NCBI RefSeq assembly: GCF_018350175.1
Contig: NC_058368.1
Coordinates: 176,702,001 to 176,762,000 of the forward strand
DNA from: Felis catus
Lineage: Eukaryota
Direction of reading: 5' to 3'
Length of the DNA stretch: 60,000 nt
The first letter of the stretch is position 1; each line of letters starts with the position of its first letter. The translations under genes were made by a program, and so were the position numbers. Positions 11,591-24,200 of the stretch are shown here, one piece after another. The notes under the pieces are model-generated. The model had not been told where the DNA came from and searched no databases. It saw only the letters and a program-made list of their open reading frames with translations.

Positions 11591-13198
11591 ACTCTGGGAG
11601 TCGATTGCACATGTCCACATCCCGCAGATGACAGCACACAGTCCGGAGCACCTCCTGTGTACCGACGTCCATGCTAGAGGCGGAAAATGCAGTCATACGC
11701 AGGGCAGACATGGCCACTTTCTCAGATAGCCTAAAAAAGCCCTGAATGCACCTCAAAAGGCTGTGACTTGACCCCCAGCGTGGGCAGCTCACCATGGAGA
11801 GGTGGTGGAAGACTGCCCCGGAGGGAGCCCCTCCTCTGACTTACAAAGCACAGGGAAGTCTTTCCCAGATAGAAAACCTGATTGAGGGTGTCTCAGGCGG
11901 AGGGAACAACGTGTGGAGCCCTTCAGGGAACAGACCTCTCTCGCTCTTTCTCTGTCTGGGGAGGAACGCATCCTTCCCCTGCGTTTTCCATCCAAGTGCT
12001 GAAGTAGCATTCTCGTTGCCAGGAAGTAGGTCACATTTCCAGTCCCCAAAAGGGAACCTGCCACCTCTGTTGTGACAGGGCATGGGGCCACCACCTCCGC
12101 TGCCTCCTAGGGGTCTGCCGCTCCCTGGGGTCTGCCATTCCCAGAGCAGAGTTGCTCTTCCTGCTGGGTGTGTGAGCCACACAGAATTCAGCAGCAGCCC
12201 TAGAGCCCGTCCTAACAGAGGTGAGGGTGGGGTGGGGAGAGCCTGTGGCTTGCGTGAGCACCCCAGCCTGCCCTGGGGCACAGCTGACTCATAGCAACTG
12301 GGAGGTGGCTTTCCCCCCCAAAAAGCTCCGGCCAGGAACCTTGCAAGGAAGTGTTATCCAAGCTCCGCCTTTGGATCTGCTCACACCCATGGAGCTCTGG
12401 CCTTCCTTTGGGGGCTCCAGAGACTCTGGGGATGTCTCTGGATGAGAGTAAGCCTAAGCCTGGTGTCCAGTCACACTGGGGACCTGCGGTCGTGGGCTCT
12501 GTGCTGCCTGCACCTGCTTCCCGGAGCTGTCATGGAAATGACTGAGCCGAGAGAGGAGCTGTACCATTAAATGTTAGATCCAAGCTAAGGATGCCAAGTT
12601 CTCCAGAGAAGCGTGTGATGCGGTAGAAATGGTGTGGATCTGGAGACAGACTGGCACGGTGGGCAAGGCTGTCTGAAAAGGGCCCCAGAATCTTGTTCTG
12701 TGTTGTCCAAGCCCTGAGCTATCAGGGGGCAGCCTGCTCCCACAGGCCAACAGCTCCTTCCCATCCCCACCACCACCAAGGGGAACTGTAATATCCTGTT
12801 GGCCCCCAAAGGCCCCAGGATGTTCGGGTCCTGGCAGTCAGCATCCCCGTGTAAACAGCCGGCACCCCCACTCCGCTCGCCGGATTCCAAATAGCCTACT
12901 GTTGCCCACTGATGAGGCCACCCTCTCACGTTTGCCCTTCCAAGGGGAGCGCGGGGAGGGCCCTCCACGCCACTAAGGACGGGGACATGAGGAGACCTCT
13001 GGCTCAAGAGGCCTTGGGCAGGACCCCTTCCCACTCTGAGCCCTCCGCGCTGCCCCTGCCCCACCAGGAGAAGCCTGCTCCCCTTTTATCCTCTCTTAGG
13101 TGAAAAGGGAATGAAACCCTGCCTGCGGAAAGTCCCATCTAGAAGGGGCTCCAAGGGGGCCAGGAACTTCCATCTGTTGTTTTGCCAAAGTTCATTCC

Positions 13199-13660
13199 TG
13201 TGTTAGTTTCCTGGAACTGTTGTAACTGTTGTAACAAACGCCGTGGCTGCAAACAACAGAAGTTGATTCTCTCACAGTTCGGGAGACCGCAACACAAAAC
13301 CGAGCGTTGGCAGGGCTGGGCTCCCTCCCGAGGCTTCGGGGAGAGTCCACCCCGTGCCTCTCTCCTAGCTTCCCGAGCAGCCAGCAAGCCCTAGTGTTCG
13401 GTGGCTCGTGGCCATATCACTCCAATCTCTGCCTTCATCTTCGCGTGACCTCCTCTGGGCGTCTGTCTCCTGCTCCGTGTGCCTCTTATAAATACGACAC
13501 TTGTCACTAGATTTAGGGCCCACCAGATAATCCGGGATGATCCCTTCTCAAGGTACTTACATTGGCAAAGGTGCTTTTTCCAAATAAGGTCGCATTCACA
13601 GGTTCTGAGGAATAGCAGCACACGGACAGTTCTTTTGGGAGCTACCATTCAATCCCTGCA
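13199..13660 (-). mobile_element. MaLR solo LTR (MLT1C-like)
   Basis: tgtgttagtttcc...aaacaacagaagttgattctctcacagttc...tttccaaataaggtcgcattcacagg; TG..CA ends; near-TSD attcc/atccc. Confidence 0.88.
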
Positions 13661-13802
13661 ATCCCCTTCCAATTTCCCCTGCAACCCGCTGCAATCCCCT
13701 TCCAATTTCTCCAGAAGATAAAACCGGTCTTATGACTTCACCCACATGAGAGAGGTAGGCGAGAACATGTGCCCGGTACTTACACATTCATATCTCCATT
13801 CT

Positions 13803-14022
13803 TCTTTTTTTTTTTTAATACTTTTATTTATTTTTGAGAGAGAGAGAGACCGAGCACGAGTAGGGGAGGGGCAGAGAGAGGGGGAGACCCAGGATCTCAA
13901 GCAGGCTCCAGGATCCGAGCTGTCAGCACAGAGCCCGACACGGGGCTCGAACTCGGGAACCTCGAGATCATGAACCTGAGCCCAAGTCGGACGCTCAACC
14001 GACTGAGGCACCCAGGCGCCCC
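13803..14022 (-). mobile_element. CanSINE
   Basis: Antisense SINE, TSD tcatatctc. Confidence 0.95.
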
Positions 14023-14059
14023 TCATATCTCAGTTCTTTATCCAACATCTCACCAAGCG

Positions 14060-14185
14060 AAGTATTCTCACTTCTTACTCTTCTTTCCAGATGGAAAAGT
14101 AGAGTTTCAGAGACGTTCAGCAACTTGCCCAAAGCCACACAGCTAGGAAGTAGCACAGGGGGGATGGGACCCCGTGTCTGTGTCA
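14060..14185 (-). mobile_element. MIR
   Basis: caacttgcccaaagccacacagctaggaagt. Confidence 0.75.
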
Positions 14186-14769
14186 TGCAAAGGGAGCCCT
14201 CCCGGGTCTCCCCCTGTCACCAGGGCTTGGGACAAATCCTCCCATGTCACATGGGGTGGGGTACGGAGAATGCTTTATTGGAGAAAGGGGGCACGCACAT
14301 GGGCCAAGGGTCAGCAAGAAGCAAGGAGACAGAGAGCCTCTAAGCCTTCCCAAAGCCCTTAGAGAGGAGTACCAGGACCAGAGTACTGCGTGGTGCTGGG
14401 TTATACAGAGGCAGGAAAACAAACAAGCCAGATCTCTGCCCTCCCAGAACCTCCACTCAGTAGCAGGAGACCCAGTGTGTAACCTCGTGGCAGGTGGCAT
14501 AATGAGGGGCAGAGAATGAGGCGGTGGGAGGTGGGGGGCGCCTAGAACGAGATGCGTCTGAGGACAGAGGTCACAGTGCTGGAGGAGAGCAGGCGGAGGA
14601 AGAGCCGTGGGTCGGTCTGCACTTTCTCTGTGGGGCATGGACAGCCGTTGCGGGGTTGAGAGCCCATCGTGGAGAGATGGCCTTGGCTTCTTAAAAGGTT
14701 CGCTGGGAGAGGGAATATCAGATATACGGAATATGCAGAATAACTGGGCGGCACTCAGCGTGCCACCAC

Positions 14770-15150
14770 CATGACAGAAGACAGGACTGTTCCAGAAGGA
14801 ACAGTTCCAACTTAAAAAAGACTAAAGGGGCACAACAACGGAATGTGATGGCGTACTCCAGACTTTTGTTTGGGGACAGTAAGGCAGAATGGGAATAAAG
14901 TCTATAGATTAGCTAATAGTGCTGTTTTTAATCATCATGCTGTGGTTATGTAAGAGAGTGCCCTTTTATAGGAAATACCACTGGGATACTTAGGGTCAGG
15001 GGGCATCATGTCTGCAACTTACTCTCAAATGTTTTACAAAAAATGTGTGTTAATGTAGGGAATCAAGCGAAGAATGTACAGAAAGTCTTTGTACTGCCCT
15101 TACAGTTTTTCCGTAAGTCCAGGATTTATGTCGGACTATGCAGTTAAAAG
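14770..15150 (+). mobile_element. L1MC4/5-like 3' end
   Basis: tgtggttatgtaagagagtgccc...ggggcatcatgtctgcaacttactctcaaatg. Confidence 0.75.
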
Positions 15151-15600
15151 AAGGGTAGGTGTAGACAGGCTGCGGTGTAGACAGCGGGCTGCAAGAAGGG
15201 CAGGTGGGAGCAGGGAGCGTGAGGACGGGCTGTCCGCAGAGCCAGATGGTGGCATGGACTTCGGTGGCTGCAGAGGAGGGGGCGGGGAGTAAGGAGATAT
15301 TCTGAAAGCAGGGGCGTCAAGACCTGCTGATGCTTTGGACTCGGGCGCTGAGGGAGAGAACATCATTGAGATCTCCCTGCTGCATGGATGGGAACGGCTG
15401 GGGGTGGGGTGCAGCTTCGGGGGGAAGATCAAGAACCTGTGAGCCACAGTAGCAAGGGCACCGTAGCTTCAAATGCCATCTACAGAGCTGACGTCATGGA
15501 AATGGGGTTTAATGCTGCGGAAGTGAACGAGCAGGGAGTCAGTGTAGGGAGAGAGAAGAGGCGACGGGTGCCTCCGGTATTTAGAAGTTGCTTGGGAGAA
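15150..15600 (-). mobile_element. L2 fragment
   Basis: Purine-rich antisense L2 pattern gagatattctgaaagcaggggcgtcaagacctgctgatg. Confidence 0.55.
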
Positions 15601-15649
15601 GAGAGGAAGTTCAGTTTCACTTTAGCCGGAGGGGTGAGTGATTTACAAT

Positions 15650-15860
15650 GACCTTTTATTGAGTGCTTCTGGTGTACCAGGCACCACACAAGGCATTTTA
15701 GACGCACCATCATTTCTTCTCATAATAGCCTTGTGAGATGAGCATCGTTTAAAGCGCGACACCACGAGGGCTCGGGAGAGGTGAAGTGACTTGCCCAAGG
15801 TCACAGAGCCAGGAAGTAGGACGACTGGCTTTTGAACCTGGTCCATCCTCCCCTCTGACC
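15650..15860 (-). mobile_element. MIR
   Basis: tttattgagtgcttct...gtgaagtgacttgcccaaggtcacagagcc. Confidence 0.8.
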
Positions 15861-16284
15861 CCCGCCCCTGAGAAAATCTGCCGGGGAGTTCCTGTTTGCT
15901 GTCACATCTTGCCCCGCTCCCCCACAGACTGAGGTCTCCCCTCTTTGAAGGGAAGCCGTGCAGCTGTTTTTTCCTGACAGCTGTGAGGCTGTCTCCAAGG
16001 GAGGAAGCATTTTGTTGCCTATCCAGCCCCTTCCAGGAAAGAGCCCCTGAATTGCAGGATTCCACCCACCCACCTCCTCTGACATGCAAAATTAGACCTG
16101 GCCGCTCCCAGAGAGAGCTCTTTGGCTCCCAGCATTCCTCCATTTCTCCTTCTCTGAAAACAGCTCCCAGCAGGATGGGGTTCAGCATCTTCCGGCCCTG
16201 ATCCACTCCCTGGAAGGGTGCCCACGCGCGCTCTCCATGCTCATGGCTGCTGTTAACAGAAATCAACAGCAATCTCTGTGAGTC

Positions 16285-16460
16285 ATCAAGAGCCTACTGG
16301 GTGCCAGGCTCTCTCCATACATCATGGCCAATTTCCCTGGTAAGACTGATATTTCCGTCCTCGTTTGTAAAATGAGGAGTCTGAGGCTCATTGGGGTGAA
16401 GGAACCTGCCCAAGGTGACACAGCTGGGGAGCAGCTAAGCCAGGATCTAGCCCACCATGC
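16285..16460 (-). mobile_element. MIR
   Basis: aatgaggagtctgaggctca...cctgcccaaggtgacacagct. Confidence 0.75.
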
Positions 16461-17029
16461 ATCCCAGCGCCGGGCACAGGGCTACCCAACCTGTGCTCGA
16501 TAACAATGACTTTTTGGGTGGACTCCAGTCCACCCTTGGGGTCTGACCACAAAACTTCCTCCTGCTTCTGTGCTTCAGGGTCATGAACACAGGCCAGGCT
16601 GAAAGGCACAAAAGGTTTTGCTCCCCTGGCCCCAGACCCTGCTGCTAAGCTGTAGGTTTCCAACATCCGTCCCTCGTGCCCGCTCTCTCTGTTCCAGCCT
16701 CGCCCTCCCACAACTGGCCCAGCTCAAGCTGAGACAGGGCCCCAGAAACCCTCTATTCCCCATTCCACCTTAGGTCTACTTCTTCCTTCAGCAGCCCAGG
16801 GCCTGGAGAAAGGAAGAAGTAGGAGGTAGGGGCCAGTAGGGTGGGTGGGTGCGGCTGGGTGCGGCTGGGTGCAGCTTGGCCAGAAGAACAGAGAAAACTA
16901 CTTCTCAGAGAGCTAGAAGGCTTGGCATTCTTACTGCTTTAGGCCCAGACACATTCCTCCTCACCCTGCGCAGCCTAGAAAAACAGGTCACTTGTGTTCA
17001 ATTCAATAGCTAGGTACCCAGCGCCCACC

Positions 17030-17690
17030 GCTTAGTCTGGGCTGGCTAACAATGGGACAAACGACCCCTCATCTTGGTGGCTTAACACGATAAAGTGTGT
17101 TTGGAGTTTGTTTTGTGTTCTGTTCTGTCTTTCGGCACGTTGCCTGGGAAGTACTTTTAAAAACTCCAGCAAACAATTTAAAAGTAGGGTGGGGCAGGTG
17201 GATGAAAGAAGAGAAAAAAATGTGGATGATTTTTGAGGCTGAACGATGGGTGGCGAAAGTGGGCTGTTGTACTATGCTCTCTACTTCTTTGGTATATTTG
17301 AAATACTTATGCATGTCTATTTCTCACTCATATAGAGTCTAATGTTCATGCTCGTGGCCCCTGGCTCTCCAGGGTGGCTTCACTGCCATGGTTGCTCCAG
17401 GACACAGGCTGTTCCATCTTGTGGCTCCTGTGCCATCTTGTGGTCTGAAGATCATTCTGGAGGCATCCAAACAGCAGGCTGGGAGAAGAAAAAAAAAAGA
17501 TGGCATGGCTGCTACTTAGCACCTCCTCCTGAAGCGCTGTGCCTCCCTTCTGCTCTCATGGCATTGGTGGGAGCTGGTCACATGACCAGCAAGGGATGCT
17601 GGGAGACATAGTTCCAGGTACTTCCCAGCACCGCACCGCATAATGTAAGGGGTACTGGTCGGTCAGCTGATCATCTCAGCTACACCCACT
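17030..17690 (-). mobile_element. Old MaLR LTR (MLT1J/K-like), interrupted by a + strand L1ME 3' fragment (~17150-17315)
   Basis: ggtggcttaacacgataaagt...ccatcttgtggctc...cattggtgggagctggtcacatgacc...aagggatgctgggagacatagt. Confidence 0.65.
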
Positions 17691-17949
17691 GTGTGTTGGG
17701 TGTGGGCATGTCAATGGTGATGTCCAAGGAGGTGGCTGGTCTCCCTTGAGGAGATACAAAAAGGGATCTATAAGAGGTTTGTAAAGATGAACTTGTGAGT
17801 TTTGCTGCAAGGCTTCCCCAGCCAGTCCCATGACGTATCTATAAAATTATCTTGGTTCATGGAACGAGGGAAGGTGTTGGGAAAGACCGCACACAGTCAC
17901 CAGAGCTCTGTGGGCATCTGTCCTTCAACACGCTGGTGCCCCCATCATG

Positions 17950-18100
17950 ATATTCCCCTTCCATATCAAATGTGGCAAAGGAATCATTTTGCAAAATGTT
18001 ACCATTGAGAGAGAATGGGCAAATCTACAAGGGATTTCTGAATTATTTCCTGCAATTGCACATGAACCTATTATTATTTCAATAAAAATATCAATAAAAC
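17950..18100 (+). mobile_element. L1MC 3' terminal fragment
   Basis: ttttgcaaaatgttaccattg...gcaattgcacatgaacct...tcaataaaaat. Confidence 0.7.
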
Positions 18101-18399
18101 GGGGCAGTGGCAAAGGAGAGACACTAGAGGACCCTAAGGCACTGGAAGATGGCCCAGGATGGACCCAGGGCCCCTATCTCCAGTCTCTGCCCCTCTCCCA
18201 GTCCCCCCAAGTGGTTGCTCCAAAGTCCCAATCTGCCTGGCTCCTCTGTTGTCCTGCTTAACTCTCTGAGGCCTGTAGGATTCATCCAGTCTCGATCACA
18301 ATATATCAGGGTCCAACCCCTTCCCAAACCATTTCTCTGTCTTCATCCTTTCTCCTCCCCTCCCCCCACACACACCTCAATCACTCTGAGCCCTTAGTT

Positions 18400-18712
18400 G
18401 TTTTCCAAACTCACTGTGCTCCCTTGGCTCTTATCCTATGCTATCCCTTTGAGCCCCACCTCACACATGGTAAACTCATACACATTTTCCAAGACCTCTG
18501 CCCCTTTGTGTACATCCTAAACTCAGAATTCAATTGTGCACATTAGTTTGTGGGTCTTTTTCCCTCGCTGGACTGTAATCTCCTTGGATGCCAATACCAT
18601 GGATAATTCACTTTGATGCCCCTAGTTCCCAGTATAAGGCCTGGCAAGGACTAGTTCTCCCTAAAGTGTTAATGGTTGGCTAAATGGAGAAACAATGAAT
18701 AAAAGAAGAGAA
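18400..18712 (+). mobile_element. L2 3' end
   Basis: ggactgtaatctccttg...ccctagttcccagtataaggcctggca. Confidence 0.6.
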
Positions 18713-18929
18713 GGAGGAAGATAACACCATGACCTCTGCTTGTCCACTGAGATGGTTGTCAAGTTTAAAGTGTTTTTGAAATGGGCCTAGGGATCACTCT
18801 CATGCTGATGACTATTCTCCCTGACTCCCCCCCCATCCCTCCACCTACCCCCTGCTTCATTTAGTCAACCCAACAGAACCTTCTAGGTCCTGGCCAGGCA
18901 TGATACTATAGGGGAAGACAAGGATACTT

Positions 18930-19110
18930 GCAATTAGAGAGACATGGGTCAGAGTCTGAGTGTCAACTTCTAGCTATGTGTTCTTGGACAGATTAGCTCA
19001 ATTCTCTGAGGCTTAGTTTCTTCTGTAAAATCACCTCTCCCCCCAGGGTTGATAGGATTACAAAAAGACTATGTAAGAATGCCTGGTGTAGCTCAATGAA
19101 TGTTTGTTTC
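18930..19110 (+). mobile_element. MIR
   Basis: tagctatgtgttcttggacag...ctctgaggcttagtttcttctgtaaaat. Confidence 0.75.
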
Positions 19111-19157
19111 CATCCCAAAAAGCCCTCCCTCAGATGGAACCTTCTTTCCCTTTGGAT

Positions 19158-19940
19158 TTTTTTTAAAGACTTGTATTTTTTTAGAGCAGTTTTAGGTTTA
19201 CAATAAAATTGAGAGGGAAATACAGAGATTTCCCATAGATGCATAGCCTCCCCCGTTATTAACGTCATCCATCAGAATGACCTTTCTACCAGGAATGAGC
19301 CTACACTGGCACATCATTATCATCCTAAATCCATAGTTGACCTTAGTGGAATTGTACATCCTGTGGGCTTGAACAAATGTAACGTACCCATCATTATAAT
19401 ATTCTACAGAATATTTTCACTGCCCTTAAAATCCTCTGCCCTCTGCCTATTCACTTGTCCTCACCTGGGCCCACTCCTGTCAACCAGTGATCTTTTTACT
19501 GTCGCTGGTGTTCTGCCTTTTCCAGAATGCCATGTGGTTAGCCTCTTACAGTCTGTAGACTTCTCAGACTGGTTTCGTTGACTTAGTAACATGTATTTAA
19601 GTTTCTTCTATGTCTTTTTGCAGTTTGATAACTCATTTCTTTTTAGTGCCGAATAATATTTCATTGTGGGGATGTACCACCATTCACTTATCCATTCACT
19701 TACTGATGAAGAACATTCTGAGTCCTTCTGGGTTTGGGCAATTATGAATAAAGCCACTATAAACATCCACGTTCAGATTTTGGGGCAGATACGCATTTTC
19801 CATTCTTTGGGTAAATTCCAAGGAGCTCAATTGGTGGATGGGATGGTAAGAGTAAGTGTAGTTTTGAAAGAAACTGCGAGACTGTCTTTCAAAGTGGCTG
19901 TACCATTTTGCATTCCCACCAGCAATGGCTGAGTTCCCCT
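19158..19940 (-). mobile_element. L1MC1-3-like 3' end
   Basis: ttttagagcagttttaggtttacaataaaattgag...ccattttgcattcccaccagcaatg. Confidence 0.88.
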
Positions 19941-20199
19941 TTGATGCTTTAGTGAATGAATGCTGAGCACCACATTGTTCACGGATGTTAGCCCATGTTC
20001 CTGGGGTAGATTGCTAAATCCTGGAAAGCAACCGAAGCACTCCATTCAGCAAAAAGCACACAGAGGGGGCTCCAGTGGGAGGTAGAGCTATTATTAGGAT
20101 CGTTTCCCCCTTTCCTGAGGAATGCCCCAAAGGTTCAGGGTAAAGAGACAACCAGCTACCACTTTGGAGCACCCCCTGTATGCTTTGCATTTTACATAT

Positions 20200-20340
20200 T
20201 TTCTTCTTTTTTTTTTTCTTTTTTTCTTTTTACCTAGGCTTCATACCCAGTCCAGGGCTTGAACTCACAACCCTGAGATCAAGACCTGAACTGAGATCAG
20301 GAGTCAGAGGCTTAACTGACTGAGCCACCCGGGCACCCCC
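20200..20340 (-). mobile_element. Short CanSINE variant lacking the CT tract
   Basis: gggcttgaactcacaaccctgagatcaagacctg...gagccacccgggcacccc; TSD atttacata. Confidence 0.85.
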
Positions 20341-20419
20341 ATTTTACATATATTTTCTAATTTAATCCGAACTAGAACTTTTAAAAGGAAATGTCCTCAT
20401 TATCGCTATTTTAATATTT

Positions 20420-20790
20420 TTTAATATTTCAAAAATTATTATTCATATAATAATAAAAATTATTTATTTTTTAAATAAATGAGATGTCTTATTCCATTTC
20501 TATTCCTAAACCGCCCCCCCTCCCTTAAAGAAGCATTTGTAACAGTGTCTGGTGTATCTCTCCAGAGTTTATTTCTGTAAATACAAGAACATATTCTTAA
20601 ATCTCCCTTTTCTTGTACAAAAAACATGTATCTCATACCGTCCTACACTTTGTTCTTTTTACCCTACAATTTACCTTGAAGATTTTTCTATACGACACAC
20701 AGAGAATTTCCTGACTTTGTTCTATTGGATGGGGGTATCATAATGTATCTATCCAGTCCCCTGTCAAGAGAATTTCAGGTCGTGGAAATC
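20420..20790 (-). mobile_element. L1ME-like fragment splitting a MIR (MIR remainder ~20790-20860)
   Basis: ggtgtatctctccagag...tataatgtatctatccagtcccc, then ccaaggtcacacagccaggaagt. Confidence 0.55.
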
Positions 20791-21079
20791 AAAGCTCAGA
20801 GTGGGAAGGTATTTCCCCAAGGTCACACAGCCAGGAAGTAAAAGCAAGGGTATGAGAAAAAAAAGCAAGGGTTGTTCCCCAACCTAGAGAAGCTTCACTA
20901 CATCTCCCTGGAAAACAGAAAGTAGAGAAGAGTTGTAAACTGTCTTGTAAACTGTCCCCATTTACTGAGCAATTCCCCTGGCTCAGGAAGCTGGCTCCGG
21001 GCACCCAGAAACATCTGAAGGAGGATTAAAAACCCTGGATCCCGGCATCACCTCAGTGGTCGGAAATGTTGGTCCTGGA

Positions 21080-21193
21080 GAGGCTGCCTGGGCCCCAGTT
21101 CTGGCCCTGCCATTGAGCAGGTATATGAGCTTGACCATAAGACAACTTCTCTGAGCCTCAGCTTCCCTATCTGTAAAACGGGGATAATAGTCA
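21080..21193 (+). mobile_element. MIR (resumes ~21781-21860)
   Basis: cttctctgagcctcagcttccctatctgtaaaacggggataatag. Confidence 0.8.
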
Positions 21194-21780
21194 TATCAGT
21201 CAAGGTTCTCCTGAAGAACAGAACCAATAGGAGACATATATATATCAGAAAGAGAGAGAGAGAGAGATCTATATATGCCAGAATCCATAAGGCAGGCCAA
21301 CAAGAGGCTGGAAACTTGGGCAGGATTCCTACACTACAGTCAAGGCAAATTCCTACTTTTCTTTGAGAAATCTGTTTGTTTTTGAATGTTGATTTATTTT
21401 CGAGAGAGACAGAGACAGAATGCGAGTGGTTAGGGGCAGAGAGAGAGGAAGACATGGAATCCGAAGCAGGCTCCAGGCTCTGAGCTGTCAGCACAGAGCC
21501 CGACGCAGGGCTCGAACTCATGAGCTGTGAGATCATGACCTGAGCCGAAGTCGATGCTCAAGTGACTGTGCCACTTAGGTGCCCCGGGAAATCTCAGTTT
21601 TTGCTCTTAAGGCCTTCAATTGATTGGCTGGGGCCCACCCATTTAGGGAGGGTAATCTCTTTTCCTTAAAGGCAATTGGTTATAGGTGATAACCATCACA
21701 GCACTCTCTAGTTCATGCTTGCCTAACAACGGGGCACCCCAGTCTAGCCGAGTGGATCCATGAAAGTAATCACCCCACCA
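21194..21780 (-). mobile_element. MLT2-like (ERVL) solo LTR
   Basis: tcagtcaaggttctcc...aacagaaccaatagga...aaggccttcaattgattgg..gggcccaccca..ggagggtaatct. Confidence 0.82.
21375..21585 (-). mobile_element. CanSINE inside MLT2
   Basis: Antisense SINE, TSD gaaatct. Confidence 0.93.
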
Positions 21781-21899
21781 TTAGATGAAAGCCCGCATGA
21801 GAGAAAACTGCGAGAAAACTTGATGCATGAATGCCAAATAAGGGTTAGCTGTGGGTATTGTGAGCTGAGTGGCTGCAGGTGTTAGAAGATGCATCAGAA

Positions 21900-22210
21900 C
21901 TCGGTATGGGGCCACCTGGGCCAGGCCCTGGGGACATAAAGAGGATGAGGCACTCTTAAGGAGCTCGAAGACCAGGGCCTGTGGAGACAGAAATGCAGAC
22001 AATGACAGGACTGCAAAAATGCCTCTGCCAGATGGAACACAGAAGGCTGTGGAAGCCCAGGGGCAAGGAAGGGAAGGCTTCCTGGAGAAGGTGACAAAAG
22101 TAATTCATCTTAAAGGTTAAAGCAAAATTAGCCAAGTGAGAAAAGAAGAGCAGGCAAAAGGGCAAAGGAACATCCCAGGCAAAGTATCGGTCAGCACAAA
22201 GGCACAGAGC
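21900..22210 (-). mobile_element. L2 fragment
   Basis: gggaaggcttcctggagaaggtgaca...ggaacatcccaggc. Confidence 0.7.
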
Positions 22211-22419
22211 GGGGAGCCTGGGTGGCTCAGTTGGTTAACTGACTTCAGCTCAGGTCATGATCTCTCCATTTGTGAGTTCGAGCCCCACGTCAGTCTCTGC
22301 ACTGACATCTCAGAGCCTGGAGCTTCGGATTCAGTGTCTCTCTCTCTCTCTCTCTCTCCTTCCCCCACTTGTGCTCTATCAAAAGTAAATAAATAAGTAT
22401 TAAAAAAAACAACAACAAA
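22211..22419 (+). mobile_element. CanSINE
   Basis: TSD caaaggcacagag. Confidence 0.94.
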
Positions 22420-23439
22420 CAAAGGCACAGAGGTGTGAGAGAGGCAGGTACTGGGCAGGGGCCCCAGTGCTGGGTGGGAGAGGGAGCCCGACCCATCACA
22501 AGGGGCGTGGTGGGCCTTCCTCCCCTCAGGATGACTTGGGTGAGCACCCGCTATGTGCCAGGCACTGTGCATGAATTACTGATGTGTACCCTCCCAGCTC
22601 TCAGAGGAGGCAGGTGCTATTACCGGGTTAGGTAATTTTCAGTCACACAGCGGAAGTGGTTGGCTGAGCCGCGAGTCCAGACAGCTGGCTCCAGAGCCCA
22701 CGAGGGGGTGACATAGCCACAGGGAGACCCGAAAGGGCTGCTGGGATGGCTAGGGGGAGGGGGCAGGTTGGGTTTGTTACATCTGAGGTGATGTGGAGAG
22801 TCAAGTGGAGATCAGGGGCACATAGCCACAGGGGGGCTGAAGACAGGACCTTGCACCCACCCTCAGCAGTGTTCATGGGGCACATGCCAGACTGTGTGTT
22901 CTGGAAGAGGCATCCCTTTAAATCCACGCAGGCATCATTCATTCATTCCGTCAGCCCCAGAATCTGCCTCTGGTTCCCGTGTGTGTCCCCCACTTCCTGC
23001 TGCAATGGCTCTAAAGCTCCCTTGGCCATGATCCCTGCACCCAAAACCCCGATTCCTGTTTTTATCTGCCATTCATTCTAGATTCTCTGCCCTCCAGCCC
23101 TTCCTCCCCGCCACCCGCTTTCCCTAGAGGCTTCCTAAGCCCCAAAGGCCACAGAGGATGAATGACATCATCTGTGTTCTGGACCTTGCCGGGCCCAATT
23201 ATCAGGCTATAAGTGGAAACGCCCTACATTTTCCCACAGGAAAGGCCTCCCTCACTCCTGACCCTGCAATGCTTCTGGGGATCTTGGCAGAGTCCTCCCA
23301 CTCCTGCCTGCAGTCAACTGAGCCCCCTCCACATGGACGTGCCATTCAGGCATCTTTTTATCCACCACAGACCCTCTCAGCTTCTTCCAACGTGGGTACA
23401 CAGTGGCCTTCCGCGGAAGGGAGGCAACACCATGAAATC

Positions 23440-24000
23440 ATTAAAACCAGCAGTCTGGGAACCCGATCGACCTAAATTCATGTCTAACTCCTCCCCTTTC
23501 CACCTGTGTGGACTTGGACAAGGAGCTTCCCAGCTCTGGGATTCTATTGTCTCACTTTGAATTGGGAATCATACAAGACATCATCATCTCATTAAATCTC
23601 TTGAGCAGTCCTCTGAGGCATAAGCAATGTCCCCACGTCACAGATGAGTAGCCAGGCCTAGGGAAAGTTAGACGTTTGCTCAAGGCCACTGGTTAGTAAA
23701 CAGTGGAGCCAGGGCCTGGATTAGAACCCCTGTGGTCAGGGTTGCTCTGACCTGCCAAAGAGCAACCCGGAGAGGTGGGGAAGGCTTCCCACAACTAGAC
23801 TTGCTGAACTTGGGGCTTGGGTGAAGTGAGGCAAGGTGTCAGGGACGCCGAGCTTCCAGAACTGGCTTGGCCCTCCTTGGCTGTGGGGCGGGCGCAAGTT
23901 AATTTCTCAGGACTCAGCTTTCCCAGCTGTAAATGGGGTTGGCAGGCCGCACCGCCCAGAGCTATCATAAGGATCACAGAGTGAAAGAGTTCACACCTCC
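23440..24000. mobile_element. Three MIR fragments (+ ~23440-23580, - ~23590-23740, + ~23870-24000)
   Basis: ctgtgtggacttggacaag; cagatgag...ctcaaggccac; ctcagctttcccagctgtaaatgggg. Confidence 0.65.
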
Positions 24001-24029
24001 ACCATTCCTGCGTCGCAGAGCTGGTTTTT

Positions 24030-24200
24030 AACACGCTCATATCCCCCTGCCCTATTCACGAATAGGTTTTTTTTTTCCTTTAAATGGATTGCAATATATT
24101 ATCCAAATGTATTTTTTGGAAATTTATTGAAACCAATTTCATATCACACCTGAAAAAGAAGACGGAGCACATCTGCCATAAATAGAAGGTATTTAGACGG
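24030..24200. mobile_element. Probable hAT-Charlie-type MER fragment
   Basis: tgccataaatagaaggta motif recalled from ancient hAT MER elements; AT-rich island. Confidence 0.4.

Noticed and set aside
14786..14805. Perfect 8-bp hairpin actgttcc-agaa-ggaacagt
   Set aside because: Short, within an L1 3' UTR remnant and compatible with chance
15643..16272. 209-aa minus-strand ORF
   Set aside because: Runs into a MIR, has no recognisable domain and is expected by chance in GC-rich DNA
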